Virus record (IMG/VR): IMGVR_UViG_3300028840_002190
Strand: one strand, 5' to 3'
DNA from: a virus
Length of the DNA stretch: 64,000 nt
Every line of letters begins with the position of its first letter. Within the stretch, counting starts at the first letter, position 1. Below the pieces are notes generated by a model. That model saw only the letters and a program-made list of their open reading frames with translations, was not told where the DNA came from and did not search any database. Made by a program: the position numbers and the translations under genes. Below are positions 37,496-47,134 of the stretch, one piece after another.

Positions 37496-37921
37496 TCAGC
37501 TCCAGATCACCGGGGCAGTTTTGGACGAAACATTCCCGAACTCGTCCACGCCCGTGTAGCGGATCTTCACCGTTTCCTCTGGAGGCCAAAGTCCCGCCTT
37601 ATCAATCCAGAACCGAATGACGTGGCTCTCAGGACGGCGAACTTTTGAGTTAGAACCGTCGTAAGGAGCTATGAAAGATGTGCCGTCAAACGCCAGGTTG
37701 TACGTCCCCCCGTTGTCCTCACTGATCTCCACGACGACATCATCGATATCTGTCCAACTAGAGAAAAGGTACGTATCAAAACGCAACCAAACATTCGTAG
37801 GAACATTAACCGAACCGTCAACGGGCTTGGACGTGTAGAACCGCGGCTCGATGTCGCTCTTGGGGTGTCCCATCTCGGACTGCCCAAACGGAGAGATCCC
37901 AAAGCCGCCATTGAATTTCAT
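37496..37921 (-). CDS. Ig-like (Big_5-type) virion protein
   Basis: PVDGSVNVPTNVWLRF motif; beta-rich 141 aa. Confidence 0.55.
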   Translation of the reverse strand: MKFNGGFGISPFGQSEMGHPKSDIEPRFYTSKPVDGSVNVPTNVWLRFDTYLFSSWTDIDDVVVEISEDNGGTYNLAFDGTSFIAPYDGSNSKVRRPESHVIRFWIDKAGLWPPEETVKIRYTGVDEFGNVSSKTAPVIWS

Positions 37922-37930
37922 AATATCACT

Positions 37931-39151
37931 CTACCACTTCTCGACACTCGAGTCTTGCGCACTAGCACTGAAATCCAGTTTAAAACGACCGCACTGTACA
38001 TACCTCATGTAAACGTCAGAATCTCCGGTATCAGTTTGAACAGTAGCGTTCAAAGAATAGAGGGGACCCATCTTGAAGACGTCTGGGCGCGTCCACCAGT
38101 CGACAGCAGCGCTGCTCGACCCGTAACTCGTATCGCTGGAGCCCACGCCGTCCATCGCAAACATGAGTGCAGACGTGAAAAGGAAATCGAAGAGGTCCTG
38201 CGCATCCGTATCACTGTTGGCAATAATTCCAGAAGCTGCCACATTGATCCCGAATGTCGCCCGATGACTCTGCGCCTTCACCCCTCGAGAAGCCCAGTCC
38301 GACTTGCTCTCGTATCCGTCGTTCCCGGAATACGCCGTCGTGTTGATCGGCCAGCTCTCCAGGAGATACCAGTCGTTCGCAGTGAGCTTCGACGCAACCT
38401 CGCTCGGGTTCCACGTGGTATTCGGGTAGCTCGGATCGTTCTCCGTCCCGATGATGTGGTCCATGTTCCAGGCGTTGACGAAACACAGGCTCGCCGACGA
38501 GAGCGCATGGACGTAGTCCACTTTCGTGTTGAACGCATCGCGCCCGTTGGTCGTCGTCGTGCCGTAATCGTACCCGGCCTCGTCCATGAAGATGCCATGC
38601 ACGCCGAGCGTCTCCCAGCCGTCTGCCTTATCCTCGAAGTTGGCGAGCGACTGGTTCACCGTCACGTATCCGAAGATCTTCGCGTTCGGGTTGAGCGCCT
38701 TGATCCGAGGAATGATCACCTGGGTGTTGGCGTAGTCTCCATGACCCGGGTCCTGGATGCCGTCGCCGAATACGAGCAGATCATACTTCGCCATCTCCTG
38801 CGCAACCTTCTCGTTGTTCCAGGCGTGCTCTGCGCTGTTGAAAGCGTTGAGCCACCCGTAGTAGATGAGCAGATCCTTGGGGCGCTCCCAAAGAGCCTGC
38901 TGGACTTCCTGCTCATGCCATCCCAGCTTTCCGTGGATCGTATTGAGGTTCGTCACCGAACCATTCGGACCAGCTAGAGGGGTGAACCCATCGACATGGA
39001 GCGGGTTGTCCGTGTCGTTGAAGATCTCACGCCGATGCACGAGCATCTGCATCATGGCGAACGTGCCCTTGAGGCCAGTGTCCGGGTCCGTGACGATAGT
39101 GTTCCCGTCGATGAACTGTAGTATGTCGTTGCTGATTCCGGGCTTGCTCAT
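37931..39151 (-). CDS. TIM-barrel glycoside hydrolase (GH114/GH135-like), putative virion depolymerase
   Basis: Start MSKPG at 39151; NAKIFGYV, GVHGIFMDEAGYD, CFVNAW, YLLESW. Confidence 0.6.
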   Translation of the reverse strand: MSKPGISNDILQFIDGNTIVTDPDTGLKGTFAMMQMLVHRREIFNDTDNPLHVDGFTPLAGPNGSVTNLNTIHGKLGWHEQEVQQALWERPKDLLIYYGWLNAFNSAEHAWNNEKVAQEMAKYDLLVFGDGIQDPGHGDYANTQVIIPRIKALNPNAKIFGYVTVNQSLANFEDKADGWETLGVHGIFMDEAGYDYGTTTTNGRDAFNTKVDYVHALSSASLCFVNAWNMDHIIGTENDPSYPNTTWNPSEVASKLTANDWYLLESWPINTTAYSGNDGYESKSDWASRGVKAQSHRATFGINVAASGIIANSDTDAQDLFDFLFTSALMFAMDGVGSSDTSYGSSSAAVDWWTRPDVFKMGPLYSLNATVQTDTGDSDVYMRYVQCGRFKLDFSASAQDSSVEKW

Positions 39152-39158
39152 GTCAATC

Positions 39159-40949
39159 TCACTCCTTGATCTTCTCGATGACGACACGGCTGAACACCTC
39201 ATCCTCACCGAAGTCGTCTCCTGCTCCGTAATCGCCAAGCCCAAGACCATCTAGGGACTTGGACGTAATGCACCTGTGCTGTAGCTCGAACGTGTCGCTG
39301 GATTCTGTAACCTCGACCACTCCCTCCAACATCGAGTGTGTTCCGCTGTACCCTGTGAATCCTCCGTAGTTCCCTGCGAACGCCACCATGCCCACGATGG
39401 CCGTAGATGCTGTCCCGCTCGTCTTGCGGAGTCGCGTCATGTGCTTCTCGACTCCGTAGGCTTCCGCCCACGCCCGCACCTTGTACTTCCCGGTCTTGAG
39501 CGTGATGACGTTCCCGACGCGAGAGATGTTCGAGTTGGTGACGATCTGCTTCTCGGTCGTGTTGAGCGTGCGCGTGACCCAACTCCCAGAAGTAAACGTA
39601 CCCCCGTCCGTCCCGGCGGTCTTCTGGTCAGCGTAGATAGCGAGCTGATCAGCGGGAGCCGATGCCGGGGTTTGCATCGTCAACCCGCCAGCACCATCCG
39701 ATGTGGGCACCGTTCCAGAATCCCCGCTCGTCGCCAAATTCTCGACGGTAATCTCATCCGCTCCACCATCCGAGTGTCGAGCCGCATGGTCTTCGTTGTG
39801 ATGCTGGTTCGCCGTGACGCCATTCAACTCGTCGTGGCTCGTGACCCCAGCGCCCTCCTCGGACATTTCAAACGGGTTGGTGATGAGCGCAAACGACGTT
39901 CCGTCTTCTTGGATAATGATGCGACCAATATAGACCGCGAAGTCTCTCAAATACGCCGGGGGTGTGGGGATTACCTCCTCCCCCGCCAAAGCCACGGAGT
40001 TCACGTTCGATGTGCCGTACTGCATGTGGAGGTGGCCGTCGAAATCCACGTACATGTAGCGCGTACCGTATTTATTATTGCCCAAATTCCCAAGGGCACT
40101 CCCGGTCCAGTACTGCTGATTGTCGATCTGCGACACACTACTCGAGTCCGGCGTAGTCGATGCGCTGCTGTTCCACACGTCGAAGTAGTCACTCCCGCTC
40201 GTGTCGAGAGCAGACAGCGATTGCCGGTTGTGGGCGCAGTAGAAGACGCCAGCCGACATCGTGACGTTCCGCGTTCCGCTCTCTCCGAGCAGAAGCCCGC
40301 TCGCACGCTGCGGCCCGAACACCTCGAAGTCCTTGAAGCAGTCTCGGGTGCGGTAATTAGCGAACCTCTGACCCACGTTGAAGATCCGAAGCTCGGTTCC
40401 GTACCTGTAGACGCGGCCAATCACCACCTGGGTATCCAGGTTCAGGTTCATCACGTTATCGGTGACAGCAACCTGTGGCGATCCGCCGTTGTAGTCCATG
40501 TAGACCCAGTTAACCGCGTTCGCGTAGGGGAGTGCGACTCCTGACTCCCCAGAATAATCGTAGACCTCAATATCCCCGGAGTAGCTATTCGACGATTTGA
40601 TAAACAGCTTTCCAGACGAAATATCGACAGTAGTCGAACTCGCAAACGAGATAATAAAATCTACGTAAGGGTCCCCCGAAAGGCTCACGCCGTCTTGATG
40701 GTTCCTCCACTCACTGGAAGTAGTATCTATAAAGTCCTGGCCAGAAACTTTACGAATAGCTCCGTCACTCGCCCGAGCCATCAGGTAAAAGTCACCATCT
40801 GCCGGAGAACTCTCCGGAGTCACTCCAGTGAGGTCAATAGCAATGGCCGAACCGGCCCCACCACTGAGGCCATCCCCTGCTACGTCACTATTGAGCTTCT
40901 CTTTGGTGACCGCAGAGTCAGCGATCCACTTGGTTTGAGTCTTAGACAA
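39159..40949 (-). CDS. Tail fibre-like protein
   Basis: TTG start with AGGAG RBS; N-terminus shared with the next gene; C-terminal GGTFTSGSWVTRTLNT fibre motif. Confidence 0.7.
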   Translation of the reverse strand: MSKTQTKWIADSAVTKEKLNSDVAGDGLSGGAGSAIAIDLTGVTPESSPADGDFYLMARASDGAIRKVSGQDFIDTTSSEWRNHQDGVSLSGDPYVDFIISFASSTTVDISSGKLFIKSSNSYSGDIEVYDYSGESGVALPYANAVNWVYMDYNGGSPQVAVTDNVMNLNLDTQVVIGRVYRYGTELRIFNVGQRFANYRTRDCFKDFEVFGPQRASGLLLGESGTRNVTMSAGVFYCAHNRQSLSALDTSGSDYFDVWNSSASTTPDSSSVSQIDNQQYWTGSALGNLGNNKYGTRYMYVDFDGHLHMQYGTSNVNSVALAGEEVIPTPPAYLRDFAVYIGRIIIQEDGTSFALITNPFEMSEEGAGVTSHDELNGVTANQHHNEDHAARHSDGGADEITVENLATSGDSGTVPTSDGAGGLTMQTPASAPADQLAIYADQKTAGTDGGTFTSGSWVTRTLNTTEKQIVTNSNISRVGNVITLKTGKYKVRAWAEAYGVEKHMTRLRKTSGTASTAIVGMVAFAGNYGGFTGYSGTHSMLEGVVEVTESSDTFELQHRCITSKSLDGLGLGDYGAGDDFGEDEVFSRVVIEKIKE

Positions 40950-41018
40950 TTTGAACTCCTCGGCTTTTTGCCTGGGCCGCTACCCCAGGGTATATCCCAC
41001 CAGGAGACTGTGCGAGAA

Positions 41019-42806
41019 CTAGTACGTGTAAATGACGATAACCGTATCGCCCGTATCGAAGTCCTCAGACAATCCGGTCGCAACCACGTTCTTGAAGTGG
41101 AATTGATTGCTATTCAGAATATCGAAATCAGGAGTGACTCCCGTCCCGTCCAGGGCCTGCTTATTGACCTGGATCTTACCATTATTCGGATACGCAGCCA
41201 CGTTACGCGCACTAGCCGGAGTGTTGGAGAGCGTGAAGTACCCCGCGGTGGTCTCTCCAGCAGTGATAGTGTGCATCTCCTGGTAACGCTGCTCCGTACT
41301 GATACTACCAATCAGATTGGTGTAGGTGATCTTCTCGACACGCCCGTCAGTCTGGTCATAAATGGCCAGGAGGTCCGTCCCTGCAGGAGTGGTCTCCTCA
41401 TTTGTCAGGCCGTTGATGTCGAGAGCCAGAGCTCCCCCAGCTTCCTGCTGGATGCCCTCACCCGCAGTATCCGAATTGAGCTTAGCCGCGGTGATACCAT
41501 CATCAACCACCTCGAGCTGTCCTGACAAATTCTCATCGATGGTGGAAGTGTCCACCTTGACCGCGACACCGTTGGACGAGACATTGATGACCTTCGCGAG
41601 ATTCGCGCCACCCGTGGCATCCGCCTGGACATCGAGGTCGGATCCGTTACCTCCAGTGAGGCCGTCACCTGCTACGTCCGATCCCAACTTGGCAGCAGTA
41701 ACCGACGTCGCGGCAAGCTTTGCAGTGCTGATCCCAAGGTCCTTCACCTGAACCTGCTCAGACACCCCATCCACTTCCACGGTAGAGTTATCGACCGCAA
41801 CCGCGATGTCGTTAGCGGTCCGGTTGATACCTCCGAGGTCTCCCGTAGTACCGTCACCAACACGGATCGTGTTGCCATCCTTGGTAAGGCCCACACCCGC
41901 ATCAATCTGGCCCGTACCAGTGAACTGCTCAAACGTCAGGGCATCCGTGTCAATCACGTCGTTGGGAGGATCCGTGATACACACCCAGCCCGTATCGCCG
42001 TAGTTCGTACCCGAGTTAACCCAGATACGTGCACCCGCAGCGTGCTCACCTGTCAGGAAATTGTCGGGACGAGACCACGCCCCTGTGGTGTCCACTTCCC
42101 AGACGCCGTTCTCAGACCCGGTGCTCTGATTGGTGAGGAGGATCTTGTCCCCCGTAGCCCATGTCGAAACCCCGTCCACCGTTCCTGGGTTGCCACTAAG
42201 GGTCAGGTTCGAAGTAGAGAGCGCTTTCGCAGTACCTCGAGGGAACATCCCCTGGAGTGCGGTATCCAAGAATGCCTTGGTAACTGCGTGAGAGTCATTG
42301 ACGGGGGTAGGGACACTAACTCCAGTCCCGCCAGAAAAGTCATGTGACCCCGTCCAGGTGTAGTCGTCAGTCTCATCGATGTGGGTTGCGTCAATACCGT
42401 CAGCCTTGACCGCCAACTGGCTTGAACCGTTCGCCTCAAGAGTAGCGTCATCGACTTTGACGGCAACACCATTAGCCGAAACGTTAATCGCGGTAGCAAG
42501 GTTTGCTCCGCCGGTAGTATCGGCCTGAACATCTAAGTCCGCGCCAGCACCGCCAGTCAAGCCGTCTCCCGCAACGTCCGAACCGAGTTTAGCGGCAGTC
42601 ACCGCCTGCGCTGCCAAGTGGGACGTGTCAACACCGAGAGCCTTAATCTGGAGGGTATCCGTAGCCACCTCCAGAGTAGCGCCGTCTGCATTGATCTCGA
42701 GTTCACCACCCGTAGCTTGCGTTAAACCAGGACCTGCTACGTCAGCGTTGAGCTTTTCCTTGGTGACCGCATCATCCTGAATCCACTTGGTCGCAATTTT
42801 CGACAT
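41019..42806 (-). CDS. Fibre protein with internal repeats
   Basis: Repeated VTAAKLGSDVAGDGL; AVTKAFLD, ILLTNQSTGSENGVW; G/D/T-rich. Confidence 0.75.
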   Translation of the reverse strand: MSKIATKWIQDDAVTKEKLNADVAGPGLTQATGGELEINADGATLEVATDTLQIKALGVDTSHLAAQAVTAAKLGSDVAGDGLTGGAGADLDVQADTTGGANLATAINVSANGVAVKVDDATLEANGSSQLAVKADGIDATHIDETDDYTWTGSHDFSGGTGVSVPTPVNDSHAVTKAFLDTALQGMFPRGTAKALSTSNLTLSGNPGTVDGVSTWATGDKILLTNQSTGSENGVWEVDTTGAWSRPDNFLTGEHAAGARIWVNSGTNYGDTGWVCITDPPNDVIDTDALTFEQFTGTGQIDAGVGLTKDGNTIRVGDGTTGDLGGINRTANDIAVAVDNSTVEVDGVSEQVQVKDLGISTAKLAATSVTAAKLGSDVAGDGLTGGNGSDLDVQADATGGANLAKVINVSSNGVAVKVDTSTIDENLSGQLEVVDDGITAAKLNSDTAGEGIQQEAGGALALDINGLTNEETTPAGTDLLAIYDQTDGRVEKITYTNLIGSISTEQRYQEMHTITAGETTAGYFTLSNTPASARNVAAYPNNGKIQVNKQALDGTGVTPDFDILNSNQFHFKNVVATGLSEDFDTGDTVIVIYTY

Positions 42807-42824
42807 GACCGTCTACTCCTCCGT

Positions 42825-43478
42825 CTAGGCCGACGCTGGGTATGTTGCTCGAACAACGTCTCCAGAAGTCAAATCAGAGTCGATTCCTGTTCCTGGATTC
42901 GACCCACCGCTGAACGATCCGCCCCCTGGAGCGGTGCTACCGTTACCTATACAAATGTAGTACCCTGGAGCCGATCCTCCAACCACTTCTCTCACAGTGT
43001 AATCCGAACCGTATCGTTGTACACTACCTGTGACGACATAGAGATTGACGTCTTCTTCAGCTCGAGGGTCCTCCGCAAGCGGTCCAATAACCTTGTTCAC
43101 AGTGTCCGTGTAACTGAGCTGGTCGACCTCATAGTCCCCCTCCCCGCCTGTCGGAACCGTCCAGTTTCCGTCACCGTCTAAGTACTCGTCCGGATTGCCA
43201 CTCAACGCAGGCATGAACCCAGGAGACGAAGTCGAAGCTTCGAAGTGCGTGTGGTACGTCGCAAACGGAAGAGTCAAGATGATGTTTCCGTCATCGTCCT
43301 TGAGGGTAATCGTCCCCGCGGTAATCTCAGCTTGAAGATCCCCAGACCGCTGAATCTCGTCTTCAGTGTACTCCGTAGTAAGGGGGTAGTCCGTAACCGG
43401 ATGCGTAAAGGTACGCGCACCAAGGTCGGCAATAGTCACCGTAGGTGCCGAGCCTGTAGTAGTCAAGTACACAGCCAT
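42825..43478 (-). CDS. Putative virion protein
   Basis: 217 aa, acidic and Gly-rich; within the tail operon. Confidence 0.6.
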   Translation of the reverse strand: MAVYLTTTGSAPTVTIADLGARTFTHPVTDYPLTTEYTEDEIQRSGDLQAEITAGTITLKDDDGNIILTLPFATYHTHFEASTSSPGFMPALSGNPDEYLDGDGNWTVPTGGEGDYEVDQLSYTDTVNKVIGPLAEDPRAEEDVNLYVVTGSVQRYGSDYTVREVVGGSAPGYYICIGNGSTAPGGGSFSGGSNPGTGIDSDLTSGDVVRATYPASA

Positions 43479-43490
43479 GGCGTCACCCTA

Positions 43491-44015
43491 TCATGAAGGC
43501 GGAAGCCCCCTACTTCGGTACACAGGCTTCAAAAACACTGTGACGTATGGGTAAGGGACACCCGTACCGTTGCAATACACCTGCAACTCATCCCCCGCAT
43601 CGATATCCACAGGGGCACTGAAAACTTCGTATTCTTTTCGAGAACTAGAAAACGTCAGGGACGCCAGAACCGTTGCCGTTCCATTTCGACGAACCTCGGC
43701 AACCCAAGACGCATTCGTCTCACACGCGGCACTCATTCCGATAATCTGAGCATCCAGGGGTACCACGAAGCCAGATAGGTTAGCGGGAACTCCTCCCGCA
43801 CCTTGCAAGTAGACATCCGTAACGGTCCCTGAATTTCTACCCATGCAAAACGCTACGATATCGTCCAGCCGTCCCGTCGGAGGAGTAGCCTTACCTCCGT
43901 GATGATACCGGAGGAGTGCGTGACTCGGGTTAGCCGCAAGGTGACTCTCGAGATCCGCCTCTTCAATCCACGCCTTACACGCAGCGCAGTAAACTGAACG
44001 TTCTAATCCTGCCAT
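43491..44015 (-). CDS. Putative virion protein (N-terminal C2H2-like motif, C-terminal beta domain)
   Basis: CAAC...H..H; C-terminal GDELQVYC jelly-roll-like segment. Confidence 0.55.
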   Translation of the reverse strand: MAGLERSVYCAACKAWIEEADLESHLAANPSHALLRYHHGGKATPPTGRLDDIVAFCMGRNSGTVTDVYLQGAGGVPANLSGFVVPLDAQIIGMSAACETNASWVAEVRRNGTATVLASLTFSSSRKEYEVFSAPVDIDAGDELQVYCNGTGVPYPYVTVFLKPVYRSRGLPPS

Positions 44016-44026
44016 AACGTAGACTC

Positions 44027-47000
44027 CTACTCCACGCGCTCAACCCATCCGAGCGTAGCGGTGTCTTCTACAAAAATGGGTGCAGGACCAGTAGCCGCAC
44101 TAGCCACCCACACCCCCAACTCGAGGATGTCTCCTGCGTTAAGGTACCCGTCAAACCCTATGAGAACACCCGTAGCAGGTGTAGGGGACCCGGCACTCCC
44201 CGAAGCCACGTCGATGTATGATGTAGACGCCACAACCGGAGCTAAATTGCGCCAACCTCCCATCCCGATAGTGTTGTTAAACAGCACCTGGGCGTTCCAA
44301 ACATTGACACTAAACGTAACTTTATAGCGCCCACTCCGTCGAATCAGAATCTGCGACGGGGGACCGCCTCCAGCGGGGTGTTGGAAATCACCATCGGAAA
44401 CTAAGGCTGGGAGACCACTAACCCACGGAACCATCCAAGCGGTACCAACAGAAACATGTCCCCCCGCAATCAGGTTATACCCCGGAGCCGGAGCACCACT
44501 ATTCGCCGCCACCTGAATACGGGACGGCGCCTCATCCACCATCACCTCGGGGTAAGAGGTGACGTTGTCTACCGTAAACGGTACCGGCCCGTTCTTCTCG
44601 GATTCTAGGATAGAGCGGTAACTCACAGCGTCAAACGAAGGGCCGTAGGGTTCGGACCCTGTGACGCCATCCCACCCAAAAGCGTAACCTAGAGGGTTAT
44701 CCCCTAGCCTGCAGTCTCTGAAAATGGGGCGCCCATCCGACTGCGGGTTGGCGCACCCAATATATCCATCGAGGATCGGAGCTAAAGTCGCGTCATACGT
44801 ACGACTAATGGTTTCGATACGGCAATCCTGGAACCCCGACAAATACGCGTTAGCCAGAATCGAGTATATGTAACTCTTCTTCGCGGAGATGTAGATTTCA
44901 TTGTATTCCCCCGGAATCAGAGGTTCTTTTTCAGAAGCTACGAACCCTCGCAACGGCGGATTGAACCCGCCTATGAAAGTGCGATCCAAGTCCAAGAACA
45001 TCCTACCCGTAGCATCTGAAGTAGCCGGGCCTGCGCCGCCACTAGGCAGATTGGATACGCCAGTAGTCGAGACACCATCCAAAATCAAACGGTGCCCTCC
45101 AGACCACGCACCTCCGGCCCCTCCCGGGTTGGTATTCTGAGCTGAAATTCCGCCTACCAGAAGAAGCGACGGGATGTTCAATCCCGAAGGAGGTACCAGC
45201 TCGTAAGACCGCGCACGCGTACCGATCACGCGCCCATCGATATGTAACTCAGGGAAGTAGTCAGTAGGGACAAGTCCGCAGGCAGGCCACCACGAAGGAT
45301 CCAGCAGCCACTGAATCGGCTGTTGAATAAGAGTGTCTCTCCCTGTAATCGTAACTTTCTGTCTCGGAGGCGGGATGATGGGGCCCGCACTCGCGTCTAC
45401 TCCCGGGGACATGATGAACTCGTACGGAGTAGTAAACTCCGCCGGGTTCACAGTCGTCGTGATGGTCGAGCACGCATGCTGCAACGTCTGATACGGGTTG
45501 TTGCGCGTACCGTTACCTGACACGTCACTACCATTTACAGGGTCGACATGGATACGCCCGAGGCCCGTAGGCCCTGCACCAAGGGACATCGAATCGATGC
45601 GCGCTAAAACATCACTCAAAATGGGGAGAGCGTTAGGGGGGCCCAAGTTGTTAACGAAGCCACTGGCGTCAACGTCAATCCCAGTGTCCATTTCCGAGAA
45701 GTTGTACCCTCGGTTGCTGGGGGAATCTCCCGACATGTTGGTGAACGTCCCGCCACCTGCTAACGCATTCCACGTATACGAGTCAAACCAGACTGCAGGC
45801 GCCAGGGGAGCCGCGGCGTCTGTACCGTCGTGTCCCGCTTTCAAAGTGCGCAGCGTAGACTTCTGGAATCCCGGACCCTCACCAGAAACGTAGCCAGATA
45901 GAGGGTTTCCGGCCCAGTCCACGGTGTTGTCGATATTGCCGAAGGAGGAATCCTGGATACTGCAGAGGTGGATAGACCCGTACAGACTACCAAGATCACA
46001 GTTGTCTGCGTAAATCGAGATGAGGTTGGGCAGGAAGTCCACCCCCGTAATTGCTTCACGTTCCCCGAAAATACCTTCAGAAGGCCCCGAACGAATAACC
46101 GCAGAATGGTCGAAAAAGCATGTTAGAGGCCCTGTAGCAGCCGCCGGAGTCGCCGTACCACTTGCGCGATTCCAAATCCCCCCATCCGACCAATAAGTCC
46201 CCTTAGCGTGCAAGAACTTATTGGCCACCATCGGATTTCCGCCGCCCGGATTCGAATTCTGAACCTGCAAAATGCCCCGGTGCCAGAGGAAGGCCCCTCC
46301 CTCTCCCGGGTAGTCCGCCACTCCAGGAGCGTACATCACCAGAGCCGCGTAATTAGCCGATGGCGCTCCAAACGCCGCCCACCAATCGGGATCAACATCC
46401 CAGTCAATATCGCCCTGGATCGCAGCACCCCCCGGAGCTTCGATCACGTAGAGAGCTCTTTTACCTGGTAAACCTACCTTCCCAGGGTAGACACCCGGGT
46501 TCAGAACAAAGTGCCACGGGAGATAGAAGTCTAGTGTGCTAGTAGGATCCGGAACCTGATTCGCAGCGTGTTGTAACGTCTTGTAAGGATTATTGAATTC
46601 TCCCGTACCAAGGACGTCATCTCCGTTGTGCTCATCCACATAGACGTAATTTTTAGGCGTTAGAACCGAAGAACTTCCGCCAATGTTCTGCTCGACCCAC
46701 CAGAGATATTCATGGATTTTCTCTTCCCAACCTCGAATCCCCGTGTTGGGAGGTTGGCTGTTATCCTGGTTGGTTTCCGAAAGAGCAGGAAACGCTTTTC
46801 CGCTGATCGGCCACTTAAGGTAGACCGCACGAACAGAGACGTCCTCGGTAGCTAGGCCTTCATCCACGGTAAGGCGCACAAGGTACCCGCCGTAATTCAT
46901 GCCGAAGTTAGCGGTGGGGTTGTGGATCGCCGGATCCGAAAACGCCACTGTCACCCCAGGGGGCTGCGACAAGAACTCCCATTTGTACGTTGTGTGGTTC

Positions 47001-47119
47001 GGCGGAGGGAACTGTGCCGTGAACTGAACCGCAGCACCTCCTGGAATGATGTCCTGACGGGACTGATCGGGTACTCCAGGAGGAAGCGTTGCTTGGTCAA
47101 TTGTGAAAATTGCTGGCAT
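44027..47119 (-). CDS. Large virion protein with PKD-like N-terminus and a duplicated ~370-aa domain
   Basis: YKWEFLSQPPG...YLVRLTV; two copies of V.VD..NG.D...G...NPY.TLQHA. Confidence 0.7.
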   Translation of the reverse strand: MPAIFTIDQATLPPGVPDQSRQDIIPGGAAVQFTAQFPPPNHTTYKWEFLSQPPGVTVAFSDPAIHNPTANFGMNYGGYLVRLTVDEGLATEDVSVRAVYLKWPISGKAFPALSETNQDNSQPPNTGIRGWEEKIHEYLWWVEQNIGGSSSVLTPKNYVYVDEHNGDDVLGTGEFNNPYKTLQHAANQVPDPTSTLDFYLPWHFVLNPGVYPGKVGLPGKRALYVIEAPGGAAIQGDIDWDVDPDWWAAFGAPSANYAALVMYAPGVADYPGEGGAFLWHRGILQVQNSNPGGGNPMVANKFLHAKGTYWSDGGIWNRASGTATPAAATGPLTCFFDHSAVIRSGPSEGIFGEREAITGVDFLPNLISIYADNCDLGSLYGSIHLCSIQDSSFGNIDNTVDWAGNPLSGYVSGEGPGFQKSTLRTLKAGHDGTDAAAPLAPAVWFDSYTWNALAGGGTFTNMSGDSPSNRGYNFSEMDTGIDVDASGFVNNLGPPNALPILSDVLARIDSMSLGAGPTGLGRIHVDPVNGSDVSGNGTRNNPYQTLQHACSTITTTVNPAEFTTPYEFIMSPGVDASAGPIIPPPRQKVTITGRDTLIQQPIQWLLDPSWWPACGLVPTDYFPELHIDGRVIGTRARSYELVPPSGLNIPSLLLVGGISAQNTNPGGAGGAWSGGHRLILDGVSTTGVSNLPSGGAGPATSDATGRMFLDLDRTFIGGFNPPLRGFVASEKEPLIPGEYNEIYISAKKSYIYSILANAYLSGFQDCRIETISRTYDATLAPILDGYIGCANPQSDGRPIFRDCRLGDNPLGYAFGWDGVTGSEPYGPSFDAVSYRSILESEKNGPVPFTVDNVTSYPEVMVDEAPSRIQVAANSGAPAPGYNLIAGGHVSVGTAWMVPWVSGLPALVSDGDFQHPAGGGPPSQILIRRSGRYKVTFSVNVWNAQVLFNNTIGMGGWRNLAPVVASTSYIDVASGSAGSPTPATGVLIGFDGYLNAGDILELGVWVASAATGPAPIFVEDTATLGWVERVE

Positions 47120-47134
47120 CTTTACGGCCCTTCA

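Noticed and set aside
37865-40544. 370-aa and 402-aa plus-strand ORFs
   Set aside because: Antisense to well-supported high-GC3 tail genes.
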